Origin: Negaprion brevirostris
Taxonomy: Eukaryota
Direction of reading: 5' to 3'
Assembly: GCA_030324005.1 (NCBI GenBank)
Contig: JARDVH010000163.1
Span: forward strand, 44,451,353-44,515,352
DNA length: 64,000 nucleotides
Part shown: positions 12,850-26,559 of the stretch, piece after piece
Layout of the letters: every line of letters starts with the position of its first letter
Numbering within the stretch: position 1 is the stretch's first letter
Notes under the pieces: model-generated
The model's database searches: none
Seen by the model: only the letters and a program-made list of their open reading frames with translations
Told to the model about the DNA's origin: nothing
Position numbers and translations under genes: made by a program

Positions 12850-14030
12850 TTCTACCAAGCAGCATATACTCACAAATAAACTCCCTTCTGCCATGACCTC
12901 ATTCAAGCCTTGGTTCAGACATGGACAAAAGAGCTGAAATTCCAGAGATGAAGCAGCTACCTTTGGCATCAAGGCAGCATTTGATCACACGTGCCATCCA
13001 GGTGTCAAAGCTGGAATTGAACTAGAAAGATGGGTATGATTATTGGAGGCCAATCATCTCAGCCCCAGGACTGCAGTGGTTCCTGAAGTAATGTCTTAGT
13101 CCCAACCATTTCTCCTCCTTTGTCAGTGAACTTCCCTTCGTCATAAGATCGGGCATGGGAATGCTCACTCTTATGTAGGATATACTTCCAGTTGCAATTC
13201 CTCAGATAATGAAGCACATGCAGCAAGAATGGGATGACATTAATGCTGGGGTTAAAATGTAGCAAGTGGTATTTGCAACATACAAGTACTAGGCAATGAT
13301 AATCTCCAACAATATAAAAATCAACCATCTCCTCTCCGACATTCAATGGCATTTCCATTGATGAATCTCTCATTATCAACATCACGGCATCATCATTAAC
13401 CATAAATTTAACTGGACCAGCCATAAAAATACTGTGACTACAAGAGCAGGCCAAAGGGCAATATTGTGTGATGAATGTCTCACCTCCTGACAACCCAAAT
13501 CCTTTCAACCATCTCCAAGACAGAAGTCAAGAATATGATGGAATAATCCCTACTTTTTGAATGAGTGTATGTCCAACAACACTCAGTAAAATTCAGTACC
13601 ACCCAGGACAAAACACTTGCTTGGCTGGCACTCCTTCCACGCCTAAAACTTTATCAAATCCCCCCACCCTTGGCGCACCATGGCTGTAGTATATATAATT
13701 TAGAAAAACGCACTCCAACAATTCACCAAAGCTTCATTGGCAGTATCTCCCCAATGTGTGATCTCTACATCTAGAAGGACAAGGGCAGCAGATGCATGGT
13801 AACACCACTTTCCAAGGTACCTAAGTTCCTCACTTGGAAATGCACTAAAACTTCTTTCAGTGTCACTGGATGAAATTCTTAAAGCTCCTTCCCTAACAGC
13901 ACTATGGGTGTATCTCCACCACAATGAAGTGGTTCAAAAGACAGCTCACTACCAACCTCTCAAGGGCAATTAGGGATGGGCAATAAATGTTGGTCTTGTC
14001 AAAGTTACTCACATCCATTGAATGAACAAA
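12850..14030 (+). mobile_element. Old non-LTR retrotransposon 3' relic (CR1-group)
   Basis: Degenerate RT (GIKAAFD-like at ~12965) and tail AAGGGCAATTAGGGATGGGCAATAAATG; minus-strand copy of this tail at ~18700-18900. Confidence 0.7.
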
Positions 14031-16734
14031 ATAAACAGTATTTTCTGCATTTGTACAGTCTTGTATAGCAGTGCATTCATATTGGCAAAGACCAAAATAT
14101 GAAATCAGAATCCAATAGAAATAAAAGAAAAAATCTCTGGATAAACCAACCTGATGGCTCATTGCAGGTAGCATTTTTCCAATGAAGTCTGAAAAGGGAA
14201 ACCTGATCTACTTTAATCACAATAGCTTCAGCCTATTACAGGAACTCACTGAATCTAATTGTTCTGCATTGAATATTTAGCATTTAGATCCAGAGTCAAG
14301 TTTCCCAATAACATACCTCAGCTCCAAATTCGTAAGTGCAGCAGTGTAGATTTTTTCCATTTGGCGCACTAACCACCTTTTTATGGCCTCTCAAAGACTA
14401 TTATTTTGTGGGCGTATTTTTAATGCTAGTACCAATAAACATTGCGAACTAGCTGAGACTAAAACCATTTAAATCATTAAAATCACTAAAATCATTATTT
14501 CAAATCATTATAGCTGGTAAAATGAAGTGGCTTTCACTTCTTTCAGCACAGGCTGTATCCTAACGATCACTGTATTAAAATATCGCTTAATGGGTTGTCA
14601 TACCCTTGCAGGTTCTGCTGAGATTGTGTTCCCCTACTGTGACATAAATGACACTGCTTTGAATACCAGTTCTGCTCAATTTTCTCTCCACATCACTTGT
14701 GTGTTCCCTGGACCAGTCCAATCCCAAACTTAGCTGTGCTGATTAAGGTAAATATGCTGTAAACTGACCACTGGCATTTGAAACACAACACTGGCCATTC
14801 TAACACGAACAATGCTAATGCTGAAAATGGAGTCCAAAGGAGGAAATTATCACAGTACAACAGCACCCACCACAAGGCACTCGATATCTTCCAGTCAAGC
14901 ATCATGCTACTTCAACCTTGCAACCATGCTCAGCATGCTGGAGTGTCAGGATGATTAACTTTATACCATTCAGCATTGCTATATTATATCAAAAACAATA
15001 AATATCTGGGGAATGGTTGAAGGCTGTAATCCATTCTCAGGGTTCAGATGACATCCACAAACCAATCAAGCTGTATTTGTGTAATCTATGATGTATTTGA
15101 AATGTTCTATTTGGATGACTGCCAAGTCACTGCCTCCCTCCCGTATTTCAATGCGTACCTTAGTTTAGAAAATGCAAGTATGCTGTGAACTACGCATTCA
15201 TTTGGTTTGTGGCTATGGATGCATGATTACAATTGGAGACAAGTTAAATTAAGCATGAAATTTTAATTTTCATACGGCTTAAAAGGGCCAGTGCAAAGTT
15301 AGGAGTCCAAGGAACAATTCCCATTACTCATTTCAGCTCATCTTCAACTCAAATGGTTTTTTTTGGTTTATCAACAGCTGACAGAAGTGCAAATCTGGAC
15401 AAGAGAATCAGTCAAATTAAAGCCAGAGATAATAAAGTCTGGTGTTTAGTAGAAGGATGTGATACTTAAACACTGAATTGAAGTTATTCACTTTGCTGCA
15501 TACCATTGCAATTGGGATTTACTTTACCAAGAATTGTCTCAATAACTGCTCCTTTTTGAGGCTATCAGAGGTTGTTAACCATGTATTGATTTCTATTAAC
15601 AATGAGCACTTATGGTGTAAAGCTGAATGGGAGGTTATATTTAGCCTGCATCCCAATCCCCACTGGGCACAATATCTGGAATGTTTCACTTTTCACATAA
15701 ACCCATTTACAACCAGTTTATTGATTTCTGTGCTGGGGCTCCAACTTCAACAAGGAAATGGTTGTGTAAAGATTTCTGTGGATTGCCACCCACTAACCTT
15801 TCACACTGATTGGTAGTTAACACTATGATATGGTCTGGTTACATATTCCGAATGCAGTTATTGCCTATGATACCTGTGAATGCTTTGAAAGTGTCCTGAG
15901 TGTGCAGCATTTTTGGGAGATCTCAACTTCCCAAACTAAAGCAGTTTATTTGCTACAAAATCCAAATAATATGCCACAGTGGCCCAAATTTTGCATTAAG
16001 AATAGCCAAGAGGCAAAAAACATTCACCATTACGTTGAAGCAAATTAGACCAGAACTTGCAAAGTCCGCAAAATGCAGTCAAATGTAAAAACAAAGGATG
16101 AAATTCTCTGACCATTCACACCAGTGGGATTCTCCTGTCCCACTACAGCTAACAGAGATTTGGCTGAGCACCAAATTCTCCATCCTCTCTGGCAGCAAGG
16201 CATGAATGGCCCAGAAGTTTACTCTGCTTTCACAAGCTGTGTTAGTTACATCGCTACCATCAAGTTGGCATTAAAATCTACATAAATCCATTAAGTTGTT
16301 ATTACTGACCCATTAGTTATCCATTGCCAGATTGAGCTAAGGCCGTAACATTGCATCAGATGAAAATTAAAGTTTAACAATAAGTTACTGTCAATGTACC
16401 TCACTGGAATGGAAATTTAATTTTACAAGTCTGGAGTCGAGTTCCTTTAGTATTTACTTTTTTTTTACTTTTTCTTTTATCTTTTTAAATCTTTATCTCT
16501 CACTCCCAGCTTGTTTTCACTCTATTTTGCAACATATACATGATTTTACAATTCTTCCATTGGATGTGGCAATCCCAGATGGGATTGTGATTGGTGCAGA
16601 CTCAATGGGCCGAATGGCCTTTCTGCACTGTAGGGTTTCTATGACTCTATGATAATGACTCTCCTTCCCAACCCATAACCTTCTGAAATTTTTGCACTCC
16701 TTTAATTTTGGCTTCTCATATTGCCCAAGTTTCA

Positions 16735-16970
16735 ATTGTTACACCATTGGTGACAGTGCCTTCACTTGCCTGGTCTCCAAACTCTGGACTACCCTCCCTA
16801 CACCTCTCCACCTCACTTTAAGACACTCCTTCAAACATCCTCTTTAACGAAGCTCTTGGTCTTTGGATCAACTTGAGTGGCCTGCGTCATACTTGGTTTT
16901 ATGATGTTTTTTAAAGTACCGTGGGAAGTTTCATTATGTTAAAGGTGCTATATGAATGGAAGTTTTTGTT
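16735..16970 (+). mobile_element. L2 LINE 3' end
   Basis: CACCATTGGTGACAGTGCCTTC...CTCTGGACTACCCTCCCT...AAAGGTGCTATATGAATG. Confidence 0.7.
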
Positions 16971-17842
16971 GATAAAATTCCACCTTGCACGTCCCTGTGA
17001 GAATTCTTCAATCTGATTGGTTGGAAAGGCAGGCTACTGCCTTCCTTGCTCACACAGGCCGCAGGTTCCCCATGGAGGGCACTGCATTGATGCCCAGTCN
17101 NNNNNNNNNNNNNNNNNNNNNNNNNNNNNNNNNNNNNNNNNNNNNNNNNNNNNNNNNNNNNNNNNNNNNNNNNNNNNNNNNNNNNNNNNNNNNNNNNNNC
17201 CAGTCGCAGAAGCTTACTGCTCAAAATTCCACATGAAGTCTGCAGGCAACTGTAAGCAAGATGAATGTTGTGTGTTGCTTTGCAACAAAATCTGAATCAG
17301 GCCATTGAGTCAAGAAATCTACAGTACCTACAAAACTGAAAACAACTCTGATTTTCCTCTTGCTTTTGTTTCTTTGGTTGAACACATGATACTGAGGTGT
17401 AGAATTCTGTCACCAATAAAAGAAGTTAATCTGATATTGTGCAAGGATAACATCAACAAAGGGTCCATTAATCCGCTCCCACTAAACAATAACTTGCGGA
17501 CAAAAAACCCACCTCAAAAATGTGGTGCAAAGATGCAGTCACACAGGGAAATAGGGTAACATATAACAGAAGAAGCCAAGATAAATCCTTTGTTCTATTC
17601 AAATAAAAAGAACTCCTCAAAGCACAATCAGATACTGTATTTTCTCTACCTTAAAAGGAAAATATATTCTTTTTATTTGGTTGGTATGGTGTTGATATTG
17701 AACCACAATGTATTAGTTACTGCAGAGGAGAAACAATGGAGCTGTAATTACCCTGGAAGGCTCATATTACAAGAGCCTCTTCCGCAATGCATTAAATAAC
17801 AACACAAATTTTTGCCACACTGTTGTACTGCTGTTGAACTTA

Positions 17843-18072
17843 GGGATTTGGTTAGCTCAGTGTGCTGGACGGCTGATTTATGATGTGGAGCAATGCCAAC
17901 AGTGTGGATTCAATTCCAACACTGGCTGAGGTTATTCTTGAATGTCCACCCTCTCAATCTTGCCTCCTCCGCCTGACGTGTGACGACCCTCAAGTTAAAT
18001 CATTACCAGTCAGCTCTTCTCCTCAAAAGGGAGGAGGAGTCTATGGTCACCTGTACAATGGTGACTTTACCT
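17843..18072 (+). mobile_element. tRNA-derived SINE (separate family)
   Basis: A box TTAGCTCAGT..GG and B box GGATTCAATTCC; ends in ATGGTGACTTTACC. Confidence 0.65.
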
Positions 18073-18149
18073 AGAAGTGAAACTGCGGCCAGTGTAATCC
18101 TGTTTTACATTTGAGGGATGATGCAGTCTTAATAGAAAAGGGAACGGGG

Positions 18150-19680
18150 GAGAAATTGGGCTCATTAGCCCCAATTTATTATTAAAACTAAAAACTTCAA
18201 AATGGTGGCCAAAAATAGCATGCACATACTTGTAGTGTCTCGCACCTGACACCAGAGTGCTTTAGTGCACGCACAGTGAACCTTCACCAGATGTTTGCAG
18301 AGTAGGTGGATCATGACATCAATCAGCACACAACGATGGAGTCATGGCCACTCCGCCAAGGTGGCACCTCAGCAATCTGAAAGATTTGTCAGAGGGCAGA
18401 TTGCTGGAATGCCTTTGCACACTATAATTCACATCCATGATGACAGAAGCCTATTGCAGCATGCGGACGTTATTGGTGTCACAACAGAAGCTGAGAAATC
18501 GACCATCATGTTTGGATCGACAAATATGTGAATGGAATTGGCTTGCTCTCTCACACTGGAAAGGATGGGCTTCAAGTTCTGCCAACTTGGTACCAGACAC
18601 CTCGTGGCACATTGCACTACCACGGGATTTCTGGCAGGCCTCCAAATGCACCAAACATTTTGATCTACATCTGAATCAGCAATTTTTCTCATTTGTGGGA
18701 TGCGGCTTGCCTTTTGGCCAGCATTTATTGTCCATCTCTAATTGCCCTTCAGGTAGTAGTGGTGAGCTGTTTTCTTCCACTGCTGTTTATGTGGTGTAGG
18801 TACACCCACATTACAATTCCAAGATTTTGACCCAGTGACAGTGAAGAAACGGTGATTATATTTCCAAATGGGGATGGTGAGTGACTTGGAAGGGGATCTT
18901 CCAAGAATTGCAGGAAAAACAGACACCACTGTGTGGTGGAGCAGGCCTATAAGATCTACCCCAAATATGGCCCTAATTATGTACAGATGACAAAGGCCAA
19001 GGAGATAGAACAGCCATCCTGACTACTGCCAAGGAGACATGCAAAGCTCCTGCCAACAGAATGGGACAGGAGAACAAAGTGGGAGATAAAGGGAAAGGAA
19101 AGAAGGGGCAGCAGACTGCCGAAAAACATTACTGCCCCTGATACTTTCCATCTCTCAGCAGACTGAACCAATGGAGCAGAAACCATCAGAGGGCCAATCA
19201 GTGAGGGTTTGGTGATAATATCAAGGGGCAATAGTCAGTTTTCCATTTGATCTTGACTACTTGTTTTTGAGGACTGATCTTCTTGCAGCACTGGACTCCA
19301 GGCATTCACAGCTAGCTGCTCCCACTGCACCTGAAGAACATCCTTCCCCATTGCTGATACACGATATCACTCCTCCTTTTCATTCCGCCCACCAAGACTT
19401 CCAGTGAGAAGTCTCAAAATCTTGGAGTTAATCTCTCCCCAGCTGTACCACTCCTTTCTCCTGCAGCTCAGATTCTCTTCAGCCATGTATCCCTGTAGCT
19501 GCTCCACCACAATGCAAATCAGCTTTTAGTGGCGCTACAAGTTATGAATTTGGCCTCCTGCAGATGCATCTAGCCAATGAATAGGATGGCTGGCATATTG
19601 CCTGACTGCAATCAATGGGTGAGAGTTAACCATGTATTGTGATCCCTATACCTTTCTCAGGGGCTTTCCATTTTAACCAG
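18150..19680. mobile_element. Degenerate PIF/Harbinger-type transposon sequence with Myb/SANT remnants
   Basis: Minus strand ~19280-19430 reads TPRF*DFSLEVLV...LQVQWEQLAVNAWS, resembling the Harbinger-associated Myb/SANT (MADF-like) motif PRFSDxxLEVL...WxxVA. Confidence 0.55.
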
Positions 19681-19850
19681 GGTGGCATGATGGCACAGTG
19701 GTTAGCACTACTGTCTCACAGTGCCAAGGACACGGGTTCGATTCCCGCTTGCGTCACTGACTGTGTGGAATTTGCATGGGGAATTTCACACTAACTTCAT
19801 TGCAGGGTTAATGGAAGCCTTATTTATGACTAATAAATAAACTTTACTTT
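19680..19850 (+). mobile_element. Internally deleted V-SINE (Rex-like tail type)
   Basis: GGCACAGTGGTTAGCAC...GGTTCGATTCC head joined directly to the AACTTCATTGCAG...TAATAAATAAA tail. Confidence 0.8.
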
Positions 19851-20227
19851 TACTTTAACCTTCAGCTTTCCAATTGACAGCTCTATGATTTCTGCAAATT
19901 TGCAAGCAACTATACATAAGCAACACCAAAGAATGTGCAGTAAAGCTGCACTACTTACAAAATGAGGGCTCGGGATAGTAACAACTATTTCCCATTCATA
20001 GCCATGATTGAATGGTGGAGCGGACTTGATGGGCTGAATGGCCTAATTCTGCTCCTATATCTTAAGAATTTATATGGTAGAATGCACATCAGTTATTTGA
20101 ATAATTCTTTTCTACTTGGAAGCATTGTCACACAATTTAAAGTCCATTGTTGTCCTTGGGAAAATGTATTCAGAAAAACCTCTTTCCAAACATAAGCTAT
20201 AACGAAGCAAACTCCAGTAGACACATT

Positions 20228-20417
20228 GGGCAGGGTTTTCCAGCCCATCTTGGTGACAGGATCTTCTCAAAGGTGATCCACCTGAAGGGTTGCCAGCAGG
20301 ATGGGCAAGGCATGTGAAGTGCCATAGACATTGGTGGGACTGGAAGATTACCCCAGCAGCCAACGGTGAGCTGCCGCTGCCACTGGAAAATGAGCTGGGC
20401 GCAGAAAGATCCCGCCC
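20228..20417. mobile_element. MITE (PIF/Harbinger-like)
   Basis: GGGCAGGGTTTTC ... GAAAGATCCCGCCC TIRs; a second related element follows at ~20514-20864. Confidence 0.65.
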
Positions 20418-20949
20418 ATCTGAATATTTTTCAGTGACAGCATTGTGTCAAATGACATTCCTCCTCCCACTGCAAACAAGAATTCTGATTTTTTTTAGTG
20501 TGACAATATTTTTGGGCAGAATTTTCCCACCCACAGCTCGCAGGCAGGAAAGCAGAGGGAGGCTACCAGAAGCTCTAATGTGGTCCCAATATCACTGAGA
20601 AAGGGATTAGCATGCCGATCCTCAGGGCCTGCTGCATTGTCCCTCCTGCGAGAAGATGCTCTCTCGCTTTCCTTAGAGCCTCAGCAGCGGCCACCTCTTT
20701 GTGGCATTGCCAAACCTGCAGAGCTGATTGGAAGGCTGGCTGTCAGGCCATCGACCAGTTAAGAGGTCGCCTCTGGGGAGACTGCGGCTCCATTCCCGCT
20801 GCATGCCTGTCCAGGCTCGGAACTGCACATGGGACTTACCCCACCTTCTGAGATAATCCTAGCCACTGTAAATGACAAATTCTTCAAATATTTAAATTAT
20901 TTAACTTTTGTGTTGTTAAATAGAAAACAAATATAGCAGAACATTTTAT

Positions 20950-21095
20950 ATGGATAAGTGCACGGATGGAAAAGGATTAGAGGGATATGGGCGAAAAGCA
21001 GGCAATTGGGAATAGTTGGGAGGGCACCATGGTCGACATGGACTGGTTGGGTCAAAGGGCGTGTTTCCATGCTGTATTGCTCCACGACTCTATAA
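20950..21095 (+). mobile_element. CR1 3' tail fragment
   Basis: GAGGGATATGGG...GGTCGACATGGACTGGTTGGGTCAAAGGGC...GACTCTAT. Confidence 0.7.
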
Positions 21096-23532
21096 CTATA
21101 GCAGAAAATGAGCAGTGTCCTTCAATGGAGCAGCATCAGCCCAGCTTGCTCTGCTACCATCCAAATAAATAAATACAACTCATTGCAGCACTTTCTCCCC
21201 TTCCAAAACCAGCCTGAGATACTTTTGTACATTCAAATGTGAATGATTTTATTGCTTCCCTAGAATAGAATTCAAATCACAAGAGCCAATTTAATCAAGT
21301 TAAATTTGTATTATATTTGAGAGAAAACAATAAATAGAATTCACCTTTAGACTCACAGAAGCTCAGTTAAAGCAAGAATACATGCATCGTAGTAAAAAAA
21401 ATGCTTTAAATGTTATGTAGTTGTTCCTACTTCTTAGACTGGATGTAGCCAAATTTTAATGTGCAAATTGTGTTTTATGGTTGCTCTCATATCAAACTCA
21501 AGCAAAATGTACTTGTTTACTAACAAGTAATTCTCTAAAGATGAAACATGCTTCTTAGAAAGAGCTCTAGTAACCATTACAGATCAAATACAGTGTTGTT
21601 CTTAATCTACAGTGCATCACAGCATGAGATAAAGTAGCATTGCTTTCTCCACACAAAAACAGCACAAGTATTGATCCTTTCAAGATTGCTCGTTGAAGTA
21701 TAATTGATAAGATCTAGTTAAGCTGTGGCTAACTACTGTGTATTATTCTTATCATAAGCCAGCTTCAGCAGAGTATCTGATAAGGGCAGGCTGGAATTGT
21801 GTTTGCAGTACTGTGTCCTTTATATGTGGATATTTGTCTGCTTGTCACTGTTTATTCCAGACGCTTGAAGGGGAAACGGGCAACTTAAATTGTGGCACAC
21901 TGATGCTTTACAGAATAGAGAATATGGAGGGCTAATTTTAACTCTGACGGAACCAGACTTGCAATTGTTTATACGCACTAGACTCCCCAGAGTGCACTGC
22001 CCCATTTGCACAGACAGTGGGGAATACATTTGCATCCAACTGATGCACTTTGAAATTGTCTGCAGTGAAGTGGTGCATTTACACGCAGCAAGCTCAAACC
22101 ATAGCAAGAACGAGTAGTTTGTTTTTAAAGTTGATGTGTTCATTTGATAGTAGCAATTCAACATTATTCATGTGATTAACACTAAAAAGCAAAACAATGC
22201 AATGGAGCCAATTTTAGAAACTGCAAAGTTCTACAATCATTAAAAGCTGCAGGGGTTTTTTTTATAAATCACACACCTGCCAGTAAAGATCAAAAACATT
22301 CTGCTAAAATATTTCTTGCGTGCTGTCTTCAGGAAATGTTATATCACACTGGTATCAATGGGACTTTTGAATCTTGGATGCAGTGTAAATGGTTGAATAT
22401 TACATGCAAAGCTGCTGGAGTTTCTTAAAGAAGGCTGCTAACATCTTTGGTGGGGCTTTCATGCCACTGTTCTGAGCAAACCTCAGAGGAGTTTCACTAT
22501 TTACCTTGCAATGGCTGTATGGAAACTGTGCTTGGGGGAACACTCAAGTCTCATGAAATATAAAAGTGCCCCTTTATTTATCACTGCAAATAGCTGTGCC
22601 ACTACCACACACAGCACTGAAAGACACGTAACCACCAGCACTTCTGTTTAGTATTATACAGCTGTTAACTTTGTACTTCAGAACACAGACTACACTTGGA
22701 AGGACAAAATCCGCAAGTTTATTGCCAGGTGTTTGCCCCCCAATATAAATGAACATGTTATTAAAATTTTACACACTGACTCTTATAGTTTACTAAAATG
22801 TTCATGTCAACTCTTATTTGTGTGCTTCAAGATGGACTATGTGAGAATTTTATGTGTTGAAGGAGGTTAAGACTTCTACTGTTCTGGTAATCATATTTCA
22901 ACACAAAAATTACTCATTCTGGATGATCAAACAGGGGAGAAACCATTCAGCACATGTAAACGTTCACAATGAAGTAAGCTACCTTCATGAATGAGCTCAA
23001 AGCTGCGGCCTGGATCAATAGGGAAAGTATTCAAAACGGAATTCCATCCCGGAGTCAATGTGGGTACAGGACCTATGTTCCATTGTCCAGGTTACTTTGC
23101 TGAGAAGGCTAACTAAGTCCGTATCACAAGGGGAAATATTCAGCTCACAAAAACCCATAACATGCTGAATTCTTACAATTGAACCCTGCGCTGTTTTCAA
23201 AAAACATAACATTAAATTAAGGTGTCACAGCAACAATGTCGTGGTCACTACAAATATACCCTCTTCTTTTTGTAGTTCACGGGCCCTTTCAAGTATTTTG
23301 GACAGCTGTGCGCATAACTTAAATGCGGCCTGCACAAGAACTTTCAGGTTTCCATGTAACTTAGAGGCAGCATTGGTCATTATCTGAGCAAACTCTGCGG
23401 ACATATCATTTGCTTTCAGCTATATGCAACAACATGTATATAGTACCTATATCACACCTTTAACAGCATAAAATATGCCAAAGTACTTCACAGATGTAAC
23501 TCTCAAACAACTATTGACAGTGAAAGGAGACA

Positions 23533-23930
23533 ATGACCTAGTGATATTACCGCTAGACTATTAATCTAGAAACTGAGCTAATGTTCTGGGGCTCCAGATT
23601 TGAATCCTGCCACAGCAGCTGGTGGAATTTGAATTCAATAAAAAAAATCTGGAATTAATAATCTACTGATGATCATGAAACCATTTTCGATTGATGGAAA
23701 AACCCAACTGGTTCACTAATGTCTTTTAGGGAAGGAAAATCTGCCGTCCTTACCGGGTCTGGCTTACATGTGATTTCAGGTCCACTGGTTGACTCTCAAA
23801 TACCCTCTGAAATGACCTAGCAGCCACTCAGTGTTATCAGTTGTTCAAGAAGGCAGCTCACCACCAACTAGGGATGGGCAATAAATGCTGGCCAGCCAGC
23901 GATGCCAACGTCCCATGAGCTAATAAAAAA
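23533..23930 (+). mobile_element. tRNA-derived SINE sharing its 3' tail with the LINE at 12850-14030, nested in an L2 relic (~23430-24250, -)
   Basis: Degenerate B box ATTTGAATCC; GGTGGAATTTGAATTCAATAAAA core; tail AGGGATGGGCAATAAATGCTGGCC. Confidence 0.7.
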
Positions 23931-26559
23931 TTAAGAAACTGAGCTAGAGAGGGAGATATTAAGATAGGTGACCAAATGCTTGGTCATAGGGCAGATTTTG
24001 AGAAGCACTGTAAAGGAAAAGAGAAGACTGGGGAGGGAATTCTAGAGTTTGCGGTCTAGACAGCTGAATCAACGTTGGGAGAAAGCTGTGGGGGATGCAC
24101 AAGAGGCGAGAATTGGAGGAATGCAGAGTTCTGAGAGTTGTAAGGCTGAAGAAGATTGCAAAGACAGGAGGAGTGAGGCCAAGGAGGGATTTGAGTATTT
24201 AAAAATCAAAAGATTGATGGACTAGATGCCCATAAAGGTCAGCAAGCACATTGTCTAAGTTACTTTGCTGAGTAGGCTAACTGAACCTGCATCACTAAGT
24301 GAAGTATTCAGTTGACAAAAAGCTTGCAAGGGAGGTAGTTTTGTGGAATTAACATGTGCAACAATAGAATGAAGTTTAGCTGCTGCCAACTAAATAGGAT
24401 ATACCTGAGTCAACTGAACTGAGCAGTTTCATACAACAACATGATACAAATGTATAGCCAATCAAAAATTACAGCAAAATAAAAGTTGAAAGAGATATAT
24501 ATTATATATATATATAAAGATTAGCTAGTCATTACAAAAATAATTTCATGCTTAAACATCTGTCAAATCTAGACAGGTTTATAAACTCAAGTTCAGCCTC
24601 AATCTGAAATGCAAGAATTTAATATTTATCTATTACCAGAATTATGATGGTGTAAAATATTAATATGCCAAGCTCTTTGTTCAGGAATGATCTTGTTTAA
24701 TTATTTCTACAAAAGATGGGTGGAGTAAATATTTAATGCAATGTCTATTAAGTGTTGGCTTGGTACTGACCACCAATTGTTTTTTACACTGTTCTCAATT
24801 TCTCCACCTTGCCCCGTTGAGGCAATTAGGTTCTTTGAAGTAGTTTTTGACTAATCTGCTCCAGTCGTTTTTTGGGATTAGCCTCGCTGCCAAAGCATTT
24901 CCATGTCTGCATTACCAGCGACAGCCTTTTTTGCACATTGGCACAGCTGTCAAGAGCTTCCTGGTGCTTCTCAGGCTTCCCCCCCTCTGCATCTAGCGCA
25001 AAAAGTACTGGTATTGATTCAAAGCTTTTGACATGCTAATTTGCTTAGCCACTGCATTAATCACTTTCCCATCCTGGCACGCTTCAAAATGGGACATTTT
25101 TCAAAGCTGGGATGTCTTTTTCAACAAGAATGCACTTATTTTCAAACAAACAGATTCTACTGTCAAGTTCATTGGCTGGAGACTTTTGGACAAACTATTT
25201 ACAAGTTTTTAATTTACAAATCATTACTTTTTGTATTATTATGCAGGAAAGCAAAAAGATGAAACTTTTGTCTTACGACAAGTTTCGATTTCAAACAGAA
25301 AAGCCTAGTGAGACTTTTAAGTATAGAACAAGTTGTTTCAAATGGGAGTCTGTTAGAAATACATCACTTACAATTAAGAGCTATTCAACGCAACATTAAT
25401 TATAATTACATTTTGTATATTTAAGAAAGTCTGAGATTGAGATGGAAATCAATTAAATTAGGCACAATTAGCACCTTAATTACAGTAATTTGTTCATCAA
25501 AATTAGTAGGAATAGCACCATCATTAACCCACAATAGAGCAAAAGAGGGTCCATGTTAATTTTATAATTTGAACCCAACGTAATGACCACTCAGTTGTGG
25601 AACAAAATCCTGATTTATAGTCATACTTTTAAGATGTATCAAATGAAGATTGTTCAGCCATCACAAAAATCAATAAATGCCAAACATTAGGTTGGATAGA
25701 CATTCAAGTCTTGAATATCAGCTCAATCAGATCAGAAATATACTGAATATTTGCCTATTTCCAAAATCATCACTGCTGGGGAAAAATGAGTTTTCTGTTA
25801 ACCTCTGACCCCTGTAGTTGAAAGAAACAAAGAGTCGTTCTGGAGCCATGTCAGAACACAGTCAAATGGCAAACGGCAGGGGATCAGACTGTCAAAACAA
25901 CACTTGGCACTCAATACTGGACAGTCTCTGATGCTCCTGCTATTCAGAGAGACAAACCATGAAAAATGATCTGGAAAAACCCAGGCTAAAACAACATTAG
26001 CAGCACTTATTTGTGTTGCTGAAGTCACTTTCACTTTCAAACTTTATGCTGGACATTAATAGTTACAAAACGGGCTGCGAGGAACAGTTTGCAGCAAGGA
26101 TAATTATGTTTTTCCCCATATGGTGTAGGTTGACATACCTGATTTTCCACTGCCCATAAATTAAAGCAACTGTTAACAAGAATGTTTTATAATCCTCAAG
26201 GAGCACGGTTGTTAGTTATTGCATTTAACTTGGAACCAATTGGATTATCTGCCTTATTAGAGTAAGTATTAGTGCTACCCTTCGTCTGCCAGATATGTTG
26301 CAGCAAACTAAAATTAAGAGTTAATTTATAAGATTATCATGTTTTGCTTACTTCATTTTCGTTCGCATTCTTAACACAGTTAATAGCAACAAACATACAA
26401 AATATTCAATGGGCATGAAGTTAACCTAAAATCTACCGGAAAATAGTTCATAGGTAAAACTTGCCATGTTTATATATAACATTACACAGGAAGTTCAGTG
26501 TGTCTGTCACACACAGGCAAACAAGTAAACCAAGTGTGCATTCTGGAATGAAAATCAAG

